A stretch of DNA of 64,000 bases from Nitrospinales bacterium (GTDB lineage: Bacteria; Nitrospinota; Nitrospinia; Nitrospinales; VA-1), in the NCBI GenBank assembly GCA_965262115.1, contig OZ253496.1, positions 2,620,265-2,684,264 of the forward strand, given 5' to 3'. This document shows positions 49,929 through 60,300 of the stretch, in pieces (within the stretch, counting starts at the first letter, position 1; every line of letters begins with the position of its first letter). The notes beneath the pieces were generated by a model. The model ran no database searches and was not told the DNA's origin. It worked only from the letters and a program-made list of their open reading frames with translations. Both the position numbers and the translations under genes were made by a program.

Positions 49929-50161
49929 GACTCACTCCTTATTATTTCGAAATATCAGTGCGCAGAATTTATTATAAATTCCGGTAAAAACTATAGCGAA
50001 TAACCGAATTAGCCGGACTTTGCAGGGACAGCAACCCCAATAGAAAGCCGACCAGCTTCCTTATAAAAAAAGAGACACATATTAGAAATAAAGCGCTCTC
50101 CTGTCAAGGCTTAAGCCTGATTATAGAGGGCTTTTCTCCACTTTTCAGAACTCATGACTTC

Positions 50162-50485
50162 TTAGGACTCTTGAGGCAGCATTTTTTCCAGGGAATCCAG
50201 TTCCTCAAAGTATTGAAAGGCCTTCTGTAAAAACTCATTTAAGGACTTATCTGAATAGAATTTAAGGGTTTTGTCCGCCAATTCGGTGGAATGGCAAACC
50301 TCAAACTCCGCAGTTTTCTGGCTCGTGAACTTGATGACCTCCACTTCCCAATGAATCATGGAAATTTCTTCCTGAGGGCCTGACAAAGCGGTGAGCCCAT
50401 AGTCCTTCACCCGGTACAAAAATTGGGTTCCGCCTTGACCGCTGGGGTTTGAACGGGTTAATAATAAATTATCTTGAATTAGCAT
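50162..50485 (-). CDS. Hypothetical protein
   Basis: 107-aa ORF with ATG start and protein-like composition; no recognised family. Confidence 0.6.
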   Translation of the reverse strand: MLIQDNLLLTRSNPSGQGGTQFLYRVKDYGLTALSGPQEEISMIHWEVEVIKFTSQKTAEFEVCHSTELADKTLKFYSDKSLNEFLQKAFQYFEELDSLEKMLPQES

Positions 50486-50656
50486 GTCATATCTCTAAAA
50501 TATATAGGTTTTAAGTTCAGGAACGACTTGATGGAACACTTCGCAAGTACTAATATACCTCAATAGAGGCGGAGAGTCCAAATTTGGGGGCACCTTGATC
50601 CATTTATTTAGCTGTTATAATGAATATTTTATTGTCGAATTCTCGCCGGACTGATT

Positions 50657-50941
50657 ATGCAACCCATTGAAATGAATGACCCTGCAAAGATAGAAGCGTT
50701 TTTAAGCAAAATTGAGTTGACCGGCAAAGGTTTTACGACCGATTGTCTCCTCATGGATGCTTATGATGCGGGCTTGGACTATCCAGATTATTTAAAGGCC
50801 GAGGGGGAGGATCCCAATGCCAGTTATGACGGCAAATCTCCCGCTTGGGCCAAATACCATATGCGCCAGGGAAAACGGGTTTTCATGGTTTATGGGGATC
50901 CGGGAAAAGACCGTCGGACTCATTTTTCTGAAACTCCTTAA
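50657..50941 (+). CDS. Hypothetical protein
   Basis: 94-aa ORF preceded by TTGATC..TGTTATAAT promoter-like boxes; no recognised family. Confidence 0.65.
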   Translation: MQPIEMNDPAKIEAFLSKIELTGKGFTTDCLLMDAYDAGLDYPDYLKAEGEDPNASYDGKSPAWAKYHMRQGKRVFMVYGDPGKDRRTHFSETP

Positions 50942-51011
50942 CCTTGAAATGCATCTGAGTCTTAAAAACATACGCTGATCAATATCCAATCCATTTTTAA
51001 GTCATTAACTT

Positions 51012-51446
51012 ATGAACTTTGATAAAGAAACACAAGTCCGGATATTAAGGGTTGCCTCTGACCGGCAACAGGGCCGGGATATTGAAGAACTCGATGAACG
51101 AATCTCCTATGTCATGGACCTGCATCCGGAGTTTGAAGAAATTTGGTCGATGGGTGAGATGGCGGCCTATCCTCAAGAGATCAATGGACAAATTGTCAGC
51201 CCTTTCGTACATACAGTTTTGCATACTATAGTTGATAGCCAAATTAGAACCGAGCAACCCGAATTTGTTGTGCAGGCTTTCAACAAACTGCGTGAACAGG
51301 GGATGGAAGAGCATGAAGTACTACATGCCATCATTGCTTGTTTCGCGGACTTGCATTTTTCCAGTTTTCGGCAAGGCAAGCCCTTCGATCAACTGGATTA
51401 TGAAAGTCGACTGGGTTATCTTTCTTATGAAGATGCGGACCCCTAG
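51012..51446 (+). CDS. DUF1841-like protein
   Basis: LHPEF, SPFVHTVLHTIVDSQI..QP, EHEVLH pattern. Confidence 0.7.
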   Translation: MNFDKETQVRILRVASDRQQGRDIEELDERISYVMDLHPEFEEIWSMGEMAAYPQEINGQIVSPFVHTVLHTIVDSQIRTEQPEFVVQAFNKLREQGMEEHEVLHAIIACFADLHFSSFRQGKPFDQLDYESRLGYLSYEDADP

Positions 51447-51450
51447 GCGT

Positions 51451-51524
51451 GGGGCCAGCGGGCAATAACTTTTGTTGGCGAGCAACGGTACTCTCGGCTC
51501 AATTACGCCCTTGCCAGTTGCCCC
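51451..51524 (+). repeat. ~75-bp dispersed MITE-like repeat, copy 2 of 3, bracketed by CTAG
   Basis: GGGGCCAGCGGGCAA...TTGCCAGTTGCCCC imperfect TIRs; CTAG at 51443 and 51530. Confidence 0.8.
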
Positions 51525-51529
51525 TGCGG

Positions 51530-52399
51530 CTAGCAGGCTTTTTGGATGGTTTTACCGAGGTCGGCAGGACTTTTCACCACTTTGATTCCGCATCGCTTCA
51601 TGATCTTCATTTTTCCCTCAGCGGTTCCCTGTCCTCCAGAGATGATAGCGCCGGCATGTCCAATGCGTCGGCCTGGGGGCGCAGTCTTACCGGCGATGAA
51701 TCCGATCACCGGTTTGGTAACATTTTTCTTGATGTAGTAAGCCGCTTCATCTTCCGCGCTCCCGCCGATTTCACCGATCATGCAAATAGCTTTGGTGCCT
51801 CGATCTTTCTGGAATAATTTTAGTACGTCGATGAACTGTGTGCCGATGATAGGGTCGCCGCCAATTCCTACACAGGTGGACTGGCCAATGCCCAGCGCGG
51901 TCAACTGGCCAACAGCTTCGTAGGTCAGGGTTCCACTACGGGAAATGATGCCGACATTACCCTTTTTATGGATATGAGCGGACATGATACCGATTTTCGC
52001 TTTTCCGGGAGAAATGACGCCCGGACAATTAGGCCCGACCAACCGGCTTTCGGTGCCCTGCAGATATTTATAGACATCCACCATATCGCTGACGGGAATT
52101 CCCTCTGTGATGCAGATGATCAACGCAATACCGGCATCGGCCGCTTCTAAAATCGCATCGGCAGCAAAGGGTGGCGGGACAAAGATCATGGTCGCGTTGG
52201 CCTTTGTTTTGGTGACCGCGTCTTGCACCGTGTTGAAGACAGGGGTCTTTCCTAATACTGTTTGTCCGCCTTTACCCGGGGTCACGCCACCTACAACACG
52301 GGTGCCATATTTCATCGCCTGTTCAGTGTGGAACATTCCTTCACGGCCAGTGATGCCCTGGGTTATCAGTCTTGTGTTTTCATCAACGAGTATGCTCAT
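51530..52399 (-). CDS. sucD: Succinyl-CoA synthetase alpha subunit
   Basis: [33 protein letters not shown]. Confidence 0.97.
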   Translation of the reverse strand: MSILVDENTRLITQGITGREGMFHTEQAMKYGTRVVGGVTPGKGGQTVLGKTPVFNTVQDAVTKTKANATMIFVPPPFAADAILEAADAGIALIICITEGIPVSDMVDVYKYLQGTESRLVGPNCPGVISPGKAKIGIMSAHIHKKGNVGIISRSGTLTYEAVGQLTALGIGQSTCVGIGGDPIIGTQFIDVLKLFQKDRGTKAICMIGEIGGSAEDEAAYYIKKNVTKPVIGFIAGKTAPPGRRIGHAGAIISGGQGTAEGKMKIMKRCGIKVVKSPADLGKTIQKAC

Positions 52400-53556
52400 T
52401 TTATTGCTTTGACCACTTTTTTGGCTCCGTCTTTCATTCCATCCCCGATGGCGAAGTTCATGCCGGAGTCTTTGAGAATTTGATGTCCTTCTTCCATATT
52501 GGTGCCTTCCATCCGCACCACAATGGGAATTTTAATTTTGAGTTTTTTGGTTGCGGCGACCACCCCGCGAGCGAGAATGTCACAGCGAAGAATACCACCA
52601 AAAATATTAATGAAGATTCCTTTCACGGCGGGATCAGAAAGGATGATGCGAAAACCGTTTTCGATCGTTTCCTCATCGGCTCCACCGCCAACATCCAAAA
52701 AGTTTGCCGGTTCCCCTCCGGATAACTTAATGATATCCATCGTTGCCATGGCCAGACCGGCTCCGTTTACCATGCAGCCAATATTTCCATCCAGCTTGAT
52801 GTAGTTCAGGTGGAACTTGCTGGCTTCCACTTCCAGGGGATCTTCTTCATCCAGATCGCGCAACTCTTGGGTATCTTTATGGCGGTACATGGCGTTGTCG
52901 TCAATGTCCACCTTCGCATCCAGAGCCAGCACCCGTTCGTCAGAGGTGATGACGAGGGGATTGATCTCCAGCATGGAGCAGTCTTCCTTAACAAATGCAT
53001 CGTAGAGATTGATGATGAACGGAATGACGGCTTTCAAAGCCGCGCCTTTAATGTTTAAGGCGAACGCGATTTTTCGCGCCAAATAAGGTTGAACGCCGAT
53101 CACCGGATCCACCGTTTCTTTAATAATCTTTTCCGGAGTGGCCTCAGCAACTTTCTCAATTTCCATTCCACCCGCTTCTGAAGCCATGATTAGAACCTGG
53201 CTGGTTTCCCGGTCTACAAGAATGCCCATATACAACTCTTTGGCGATGGACATGCCTTCTTCAATCAACACTTTTTTAACCAGCCGACCTTCGGAGCCGG
53301 TTTGAGGAGTGACGAGAGTCATGCCCAGAATATCACCGGCATATTTTTCGGCTTCCTGCGGACTCTTTGCCAGTTTGACGCCACCGCCTTTTCCGCGTCC
53401 TCCTGCGTGAATCTGGGCCTTGACCACCACGACATCGGTGCCGATTTTCTTGGCGGCTTGAGCGGCTTCTGACTTATTGGAAATCAGGGCACCGTTCGGC
53501 ACGGCGACATTATATTTTCTTAAAATTTCTTTGGCTTGATACTCGTGAATCTTCAT
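52396..53556 (-). CDS. sucC: Succinyl-CoA synthetase beta subunit
   Basis: [45 protein letters not shown]. Confidence 0.97.
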   Translation of the reverse strand: MKIHEYQAKEILRKYNVAVPNGALISNKSEAAQAAKKIGTDVVVVKAQIHAGGRGKGGGVKLAKSPQEAEKYAGDILGMTLVTPQTGSEGRLVKKVLIEEGMSIAKELYMGILVDRETSQVLIMASEAGGMEIEKVAEATPEKIIKETVDPVIGVQPYLARKIAFALNIKGAALKAVIPFIINLYDAFVKEDCSMLEINPLVITSDERVLALDAKVDIDDNAMYRHKDTQELRDLDEEDPLEVEASKFHLNYIKLDGNIGCMVNGAGLAMATMDIIKLSGGEPANFLDVGGGADEETIENGFRIILSDPAVKGIFINIFGGILRCDILARGVVAATKKLKIKIPIVVRMEGTNMEEGHQILKDSGMNFAIGDGMKDGAKKVVKAIK

Positions 53557-53649
53557 GAAATTTGTCGAATCATGGGGAAAATGAAGATCGACTTTTAGCA
53601 CAGAAAAATGCAGATTGTCAAAATAAATTCCCGGTTTTCCAGAATGTGA

Positions 53650-53829
53650 TTGGTGATTTGGGTTGCGCCAATAGATAGCGTGATTGACCCATAGCTCCCA
53701 TCGTTAATGGAAAGCGGCGTTTACGTTCAGCCCAGAGTTGTTGATGGCAAGCCTTAACCCATCGGCGGTGTTATTTATTGTGTCGATAGCAATGGCGGTG
53801 GTTCCCCCGGCGGTTATTGCAATGGTTCC
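53650..53829 (-). pseudogene. fliD: Short internal fragment resembling flagellar cap protein FliD
   Basis: Hand translation GTIAITAGGTTAIAIDTINNTADGLRLAINNSGLNVNAA, then INDGS in a shifted frame; matches the FliD pattern NNTL.GLRDAIN.SG..V.ASIINDGS. Confidence 0.65.
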
Positions 53830-53949
53830 TTAGAGACTGATTAAATTGGTCTTAAATCGTTTAAATCTATAGGTTTATAAAAAAGCGTTGATTTTGGAAG
53901 CGAGAATGCTAAATTAAGGGCAATCATCCCTTCAAGAATTGGCAGGAAT

Positions 53950-54591
53950 ATGTCGGAACAACTCGGACTTTTCGGAGAAACGGAGGATCAGGAAGCCGCA
54001 AAACCGGTGACGGCGGCCTCGGGTCCCCGGGTGCAGTATTTTGATCTGGAAACCCAGAAAAGCGCCGAAGATGTGGGCGGGTGGGGCAATATCCATAAAA
54101 TGGGTCTGGCCGTCGGGGTGGTCTGGGACAGCCTGGACCGGGAATTCTTCACCTATGAAGAAAAAGACGCTCGTGAATTGGTGGAAAAACTCCGTACCGC
54201 TGATCTGGTAGTCGGGTTCAACGTCATTGGATTTGACTACACGGTTCTTCAGCCTTATTCCGATTTCGACCTGCAGGAAATAAACACCTTCGATATGCTG
54301 GTAGATGTTAAGAAGAACCTGGGATTCCGCTTGAGCCTCAATCATCTGGCACAACACACACTCAACGCTGAAAAATCCGCAGATGGGTTGGTTTCTCTGC
54401 AATGGTACAAGGAAGGAAAGATCAACAAAATTATTCAGTATTGTCGGCAGGATGTAGGAATTACCCGGGATTTATATCTGTTCGGTGAGCAACACGGCTT
54501 TGTGAAATATCAGAGTAGATCCGGGAACCCTCTCCAGCTTGAAGTGAACTGGAAAACCGCCCTCCTAACGAGGGAGGCAACTGGGCAATAG
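53950..54591 (+). CDS. RNase H-like (YprB/RNase_H_2) exonuclease-domain protein
   Basis: YFDLETQ, VVGFNVIGFD, KSADGL, YCRQDV (DEDD-type motifs). Confidence 0.85.
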   Translation: MSEQLGLFGETEDQEAAKPVTAASGPRVQYFDLETQKSAEDVGGWGNIHKMGLAVGVVWDSLDREFFTYEEKDARELVEKLRTADLVVGFNVIGFDYTVLQPYSDFDLQEINTFDMLVDVKKNLGFRLSLNHLAQHTLNAEKSADGLVSLQWYKEGKINKIIQYCRQDVGITRDLYLFGEQHGFVKYQSRSGNPLQLEVNWKTALLTREATGQ

Positions 54592-54648
54592 CTCTTCAAG
54601 CTGAGATAATTCTTTGCTCGCCAGAAAGAGTTGTCGCCTACTGGCCCC
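54574..54648 (-). repeat. ~75-bp dispersed MITE-like repeat, copy 3 of 3
   Basis: Reverse complement GGGGCCAGTAGGCGACAACTCTTTCTGGCGAGCAAAG...TTGCCCAGTTGCCTC aligns with 51451..51524. Confidence 0.8.
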
Positions 54649-54654
54649 CGGCGG

Positions 54655-55644
54655 CTACGCCGGAACCGTTTTGAGTAGCTTCTCAATCATATCCGTAACT
54701 TTAATATTCTCCGCCTCGGCCTTGAAGTTGAGGATGATGCGGTGTTCCAGAACCTGACGGCAAACCGCCCGCACATCTTCAACGGTGGCGGCAACTCTGT
54801 TATCCAGTAGCGCTTTGGCCTTGGCGCCCAGAATCAGATATTGTGATGCCCGTGGCCCGGCGCCCCAGTCTATCCATTCCTTTACGAAATCTGGCGAGCT
54901 TCCATTCTGGCTTGGCCGGGTGCTTTGCACCAGCTCCACCGCATATTTCGCGACATGCTCCGAAACCGGAACTTGTGGCACCAGATCTTGAAACTCGATG
55001 ACCTGTTTAGCGTTGAGCACGGGTTTCAAATCGGGCAATTTCCCGGAGGTGGTGGAGAGCGCAATTTTGATTTCCTCTTCCCTGCTGGGGTAGGAAACGT
55101 TGATGATAAACATGAACCGGTCGAGTTGGGCTTCGGGCAGGGGATAGGTTCCTTCATGCTCGATAGGATTCTGCGTGGCGAAAACCAGAAAAGGCTGGTC
55201 GAGATCGTAGGTGTTTCCGCCAACCGTCACCTTTTTTTCCTGCATGGCCTGGAGCAGAGCGGCTTGGGTTTTGGGCGGAGTGCGATTGATTTCATCTGCA
55301 AGGATAATATTGGAAAAGACCGGCCCCTTGATAAACTGGAACATCCTTTTTCCGGTCGCTGGGTCGTCGTGCAGAATGTCGGTGCCGGTAATATCGGAAG
55401 GCATCAGGTCCGGGGTGAATTGGATGCGGCTGAAACCCAGGCTGAGAGCTTGCGACAGGGTGCTCACCAAAAGGGTTTTTGCCAGACCCGGCACGCCGAC
55501 AAACAGGCAGTGGCCCTTGCAGAATAAAGCGATCAAAAGATCCTCAATCACCTTGTCTTGACCCACAATGGCTTTGCGGATTTCCTGAACGACTTCGTTC
55601 TTTGCCTTTAAAAGTTCCTTTGCCAGCTCCAGATCTTTCATCAA
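54655..55644 (-). CDS. MoxR-family AAA+ ATPase
   Basis: GVPGLAKT, RIQFTPDLMPSD, DEINRTPPKTQAALL, ATQNPIE, LPEAQLDRF. Confidence 0.95.
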   Translation of the reverse strand: MMKDLELAKELLKAKNEVVQEIRKAIVGQDKVIEDLLIALFCKGHCLFVGVPGLAKTLLVSTLSQALSLGFSRIQFTPDLMPSDITGTDILHDDPATGKRMFQFIKGPVFSNIILADEINRTPPKTQAALLQAMQEKKVTVGGNTYDLDQPFLVFATQNPIEHEGTYPLPEAQLDRFMFIINVSYPSREEEIKIALSTTSGKLPDLKPVLNAKQVIEFQDLVPQVPVSEHVAKYAVELVQSTRPSQNGSSPDFVKEWIDWGAGPRASQYLILGAKAKALLDNRVAATVEDVRAVCRQVLEHRIILNFKAEAENIKVTDMIEKLLKTVPA

Positions 55645-55656
55645 TAATCTCCCTGA

Positions 55657-57348
55657 TCAATCTATATAACTGAACTGCCGCGCTTGCAATTCTTTTTCCC
55701 TGGTTAACCCTAACTTATCGTAGACATGGATCAGTCGCACGTGCACGAAAGGGTTGAAAGGGTTGATGCGGACCGCTTTTTCAAAATAAACCCGAGCTGC
55801 TTCATAATCCCTGCTAGAAAAATATAATTCTCCCATATTAGCAAGGCTGGTATGAAAATCCGGGAAAAATGCCAGACTTTTCTTTAATAGATCTTCGGCT
55901 TCATGATATCTCCGGGTTTGCAGATAGGTCCCCGCAAGCTTGTTGAATAATACCGGGGAATGGGAAGGCGATTCGCCCACCGCCTTTTGGTACTCAACGA
56001 TGGCGGCTTTAAAATGGTCTCTGGACTTAAGAATATCTCCCAGGTAGGTAAGGTCTCGCGCTCTGCGGGATTCCAATTCTTTGTGCTCTTTGTTTTCCGG
56101 TCCTTTTCTGTTTTTAAATTTGGTGGCCAGGGTTTTAATTCCCGGAATATTTTTGAGCTCCAGATTTTTTGCCCAGCTTTCCCAGCTTTTTTGAAACTCT
56201 GTTAAATCCTGACCCACATGCTTTATAAAGATGTCTGCAAATTCGGTTTCGGAGGCAAGGTCTTCCAATATCTGTGCAAAAGTGTCGAGACCTTTGGTCG
56301 TAGCCAGGTATTCCATCATGGAAGACACTTCAGCATAAGCCAGTTGAACATCTTCTGCGGTTTTTAGTTTTGCAAGAGAGGGCATCATCGCTTCCAGCGG
56401 CACGCGGTAATCATTTTTTAAAGCGTTGGAAAGCACCGTCTCCATGATGGGAGAAAGATATTGTTTCTCGCCACGCCATTGAGTCTCCAGATATTTTGCA
56501 ATGCCTTCATGCATCCAGAGGGGCAGATGGTTGCGGCTCTTTTTGGTTAAAAGATAATGAACGTATTCATGGCTCAGGGTGTCCATCCAGTTGAATCCCC
56601 GAACCAGAGAGCCTGGAGATATCATCATAATGCGGTGATATTTGCAGAGCGCCACCGTTCCCGAAGTGAGAATGTCCCTGAGCGTCAGCGGGGAAATTTC
56701 GGAGAACGGTTGCCGGTCTGGATAAATCTCCACCAGCACTTTCTCTTCCGGATAATAATTTAAAATCTTACCCAGAGCCTGATAAGACTTCTCCATGACT
56801 TCCTCTGCATAATGGATCAGTATTTCGTCAGGTCCCTCCTCAAAACGAAAGACAAAATGTTCGCTTTCCTTTGAAATAAAATTTTTGGAGGCCCTGCGGG
56901 TGGCATCGACATGGTTTTTGAATTCTTTAATCTCTTTAAAATTATCTCCGACCTGACGGAGAATTTTCCAGGAGCGCTCATAATTGCCTTTCATGAACTC
57001 GATGCGGGCCTGAAGAAAATGGACGTCTCCCGATTCCGGATACTTTTTTAAAAGTTGTTGCGAGAGTTTTTCGGCTGATGCGATATCCCAGTCCTGCACC
57101 AGTTGATAGACCCGGTTGACCTCATTGGAAACCGGGAGCGAGGCAAAGCCCTTTTCTGACCCCAAAAGGAGCAGGGCAATTGTCAATGAGACCTTTGCAT
57201 AATCCGAGATTCTTCGTCGCAATAGCTCCTCAGAATGACAAAAAGGCTCCCTCTTGTCATGCTGAGTCTGTCGAAGCATCTCGCTTTTTCGCTTTTTCGA
57301 CTTATGTGAAAATCTCATTGACAATAAGATTTTAAAATAATTTTTCAC
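55657..57348 (-). CDS. TPR-containing peptidase MA-like metalloprotease with an in-frame insert in the signal peptide
   Basis: HEYVH..PLWMHEGIA gluzincin motif flanked by TPR repeats. Confidence 0.85.
   Translation of the reverse strand: MKNYFKILLSMRFSHKSKKRKSEMLRQTQHDKREPFCHSEELLRRRISDYAKVSLTIALLLLGSEKGFASLPVSNEVNRVYQLVQDWDIASAEKLSQQLLKKYPESGDVHFLQARIEFMKGNYERSWKILRQVGDNFKEIKEFKNHVDATRRASKNFISKESEHFVFRFEEGPDEILIHYAEEVMEKSYQALGKILNYYPEEKVLVEIYPDRQPFSEISPLTLRDILTSGTVALCKYHRIMMISPGSLVRGFNWMDTLSHEYVHYLLTKKSRNHLPLWMHEGIAKYLETQWRGEKQYLSPIMETVLSNALKNDYRVPLEAMMPSLAKLKTAEDVQLAYAEVSSMMEYLATTKGLDTFAQILEDLASETEFADIFIKHVGQDLTEFQKSWESWAKNLELKNIPGIKTLATKFKNRKGPENKEHKELESRRARDLTYLGDILKSRDHFKAAIVEYQKAVGESPSHSPVLFNKLAGTYLQTRRYHEAEDLLKKSLAFFPDFHTSLANMGELYFSSRDYEAARVYFEKAVRINPFNPFVHVRLIHVYDKLGLTREKELQARQFSYID
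57188..57316. mobile_element. 129-bp palindromic MITE-like element inserted in frame
   Basis: Ends GAGACCTTTGCATAA / TTATGTGAAAATCTC (imperfect IR). Internal inverted pair CGAGATTCTTCG..CTCAGAATGACAA / TTGTCATGCTGAG..CGAAGCATCTCG. Flanked by ATTGTCAAT / ATTGACAAT. Confidence 0.82.
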
Positions 57349-60300
57349 TGCACCAGTTCCTTGTAATACTCGTTAACAAGGCGTTCGTAATTTTTTGGCG
57401 TTTGTTTCTTCATGGCATCTAAAATATCTTCACGGAAAGCGCTGGGAACTTTGTACTGGTCTTCAGATGGAAGCAGCACTTTTTCTTTTTGCATGCGAAC
57501 AGAGCCTCCGCGCCTGGAGTCCCTTCTGTTCCCCGTTCCCAGCCTGAGTGGGGTTTCCTGCTTGCCTTGATTGGCCATTTGATTGCCGGAGTTTTTGATT
57601 TCGTTTAAAAGCTCCCGGGTTTCATGAAGGAATTTCAAAGCCCTGTTCTCTGAATCCATGCTCCTTTGAACCTGCTGGGCCTTCAAGCGCTCCTGGGCCT
57701 TTTTAAGATTCCTTTGTGCATCGCCCATGTTCCGGGAAAGGGCAGGTGGAAGCAGGGGATTCTCCTGATTCATCTTATTGAACAAATCTTTCATCTCCTT
57801 AGCTTGCTGACTCATTCCCTGTTCCTGCTTGGACAATTGGTTTAGTTTGTTTTTATCCTTGTCGGTAAGAAGTGACTGACTGCTTTTTTCAATGGAGCGT
57901 TTGAGAGAACCCAGTTTTTTCGAAATTTCTGCATTCAGCCGGGTGACCTCTTTCAGGTCCTGATTCAGCCGGTCGCCAATATCTTCCCTTTGGTTGCGGT
58001 TGGTCCGCATACTTCCCTGCCAGCGGAATATTTCAGGATAAGTATTTTTGAAGAGTGCATTGAACTCGTTTAAATCGTTCAGTTCGGTCAACTCCTTCAA
58101 AGTTTCATATTTCTTCTTGATCTGGGGAAGGTTTTCCTTGAACTCCTGAAAGCCTCGGGTTCGGAGGTTGTCCAGTTCAATGACAGATTTGGATAACTGT
58201 CTGCGGGTTTCGTTCAACGCTTTGAAGTTATCTCCTAAATCCTCATTCAGGCTAGAGTCGATGGTTTTTTGGTTCAGGGATTTTAATTTTTGCCTGATTT
58301 TTGCTTCTTCCTGCATCAACTCACGCGTTTTTATCATAGCCTTATGTTCATCCAGATACGTTGAATCTTCTTCCAGAAGGTTCTGGATGGCGGTCACATC
58401 TTTTTTCAGTTCATCGAAGAAACTCTTGATTAAAAAATCAAATTGTCTGGCTTGGTTTGCGCGCAATTTCTGGTTGATTTCCGAGGTGTTTTCGATGACC
58501 TCTTTTTGTTTTTTCTCCAGAGATTCTAGTTTCATCACAGATTCATTGATTTGCTCCATAATCTGGTTGTCCACCAGTGAGTCCATGGATGATTTCGCTT
58601 GATCCAGCTGGTTTGCCAGTACCCTCAAGTCTTCGGCGACTTTTTTCAGCAATTCTATAGCTTCGTCCATCTTGCCTTGTCTGGCAAGATCCTTGATTTT
58701 CTCCAGCGAAGCCTTGGAGTTGAGAAACTCATCGGGTGCAGACTGGTTTTGTCGGGACAGTTTATCCATCATTTTCTGCAGGGTTTGTTGAATTTCATTG
58801 AGTCGTGACCTGAGTTGATTAGAAGTCAAAGAAGACTTTTTATCGCGGATGTTTTCAAACTCTTCCTGCAAAGCTTCAGTTAATCTTGCCAACTGGTTTT
58901 CTAGATCCATGACCTGATCCATTTTCTGACGGTTGGTCATCTTGATCAGGTAAAGGATGTCTTGTTCCAGATGAGTGACCATTCTACCATTGAGGTTTTC
59001 AACAGAAGCCATATTGATACTTACTGGCGTGGGTTTCAAAATCGTGCCCTGTATTTTATTGATGATGTCGATTTGTTCTTCGCGGAGGGTGGTCAGTCCG
59101 CTAATGATGCTATCTAAAAGAGTGAGATAAGGCCGAGGAAAATAATCAAAGTCCTTGGCCTGGTCTTTAATCCTCTGGGCAAGGCCAATAATGTCAATCA
59201 ACGCATCGGCATGGGAGGCGAGAAGTTTTTTCCCATACAGTGGATCGGTGATGGTGGTTTTAAGAACCTCCCCTTCAACGAGACCATTTGCCAGGAGGGC
59301 AATCATTTTTTCCGACAACTCTTCCTGCAGGCGCACCAGGTTTTCCTGCTCTTTTCTGCTGTCAAAAATGATGAAACGATAAATTTCCGACTGCCCGGTA
59401 TTAGGTTCCGTGACGTTATCGTTATCCTTGACTTCTAAAAAATACTGAACCTCATCTCCCGGTTGAAGGGCTTCCAGAGCAAGGCTCCATGTGAAATTCC
59501 CCGTTGAATCCTTTTCCGGCTGTTTGAAGCGTTTGATGCGTTTTGTCAGGGTGGTCTCGTGGATCCGGGCGATCAGGTCGATCTGGCGGATGCCAAAATC
59601 ATCGTGGGCTTCATAAAACATTTGCACATTGTCGGTTTCATAATAAACCGGTTTGGGATTGACCGGAAACAAAATCACCTGAGGTGATTTATCCTGTTCA
59701 AGCTCGATGGAATATTTTTCTGCCAGAAGAAGCTTTTTTTCGCCAGGGGGTTTTACTTTGAACTGGTAATGGCCTTTTTCGCGAACTATAAAAGAACCTT
59801 TCAGGTTTTTTAAGCCGCTCACATCCATTAAAAAGTGGTCACGGTTATTCATCACCAGTTCGGCATCGTCGACAGGCAGATTGCTGTTGCCGTTGATTTT
59901 CACTTCGGTTCCGGGCAAAGCTTTGACGGAGCCCTCCAGAAGGGTTTGCTTTTTCAATTGCGTGTATGCCGGAAATTCCAGCGTCAACGTAAGATTGTTA
60001 ATTTGGTAATCAGTCCGGTTGCCAGCAGGAATGGAAACCTCTTGATTTTGAATTTCCAGCGCCTGGGTTTGTACCAGTTCCTGCGGGTCTGAAGAAACTT
60101 GTTTCCAGAAATCGGGCAGCAGCGCGGTAGTTGCGACTAACACAAAAAGCGTGACCAGAAACACGTTGCGCGCGGGAACAGCCTTTTGGCCGCTGACCAC
60201 CGAGTCCGGGTCGAGCTTCTGAATTTCAGATTGAGTGCGCTGGAGCTGTTCGCGAATAAATGATAGGGAAAAGAGACTTCCTTTATGATCCGCTAAGTGA

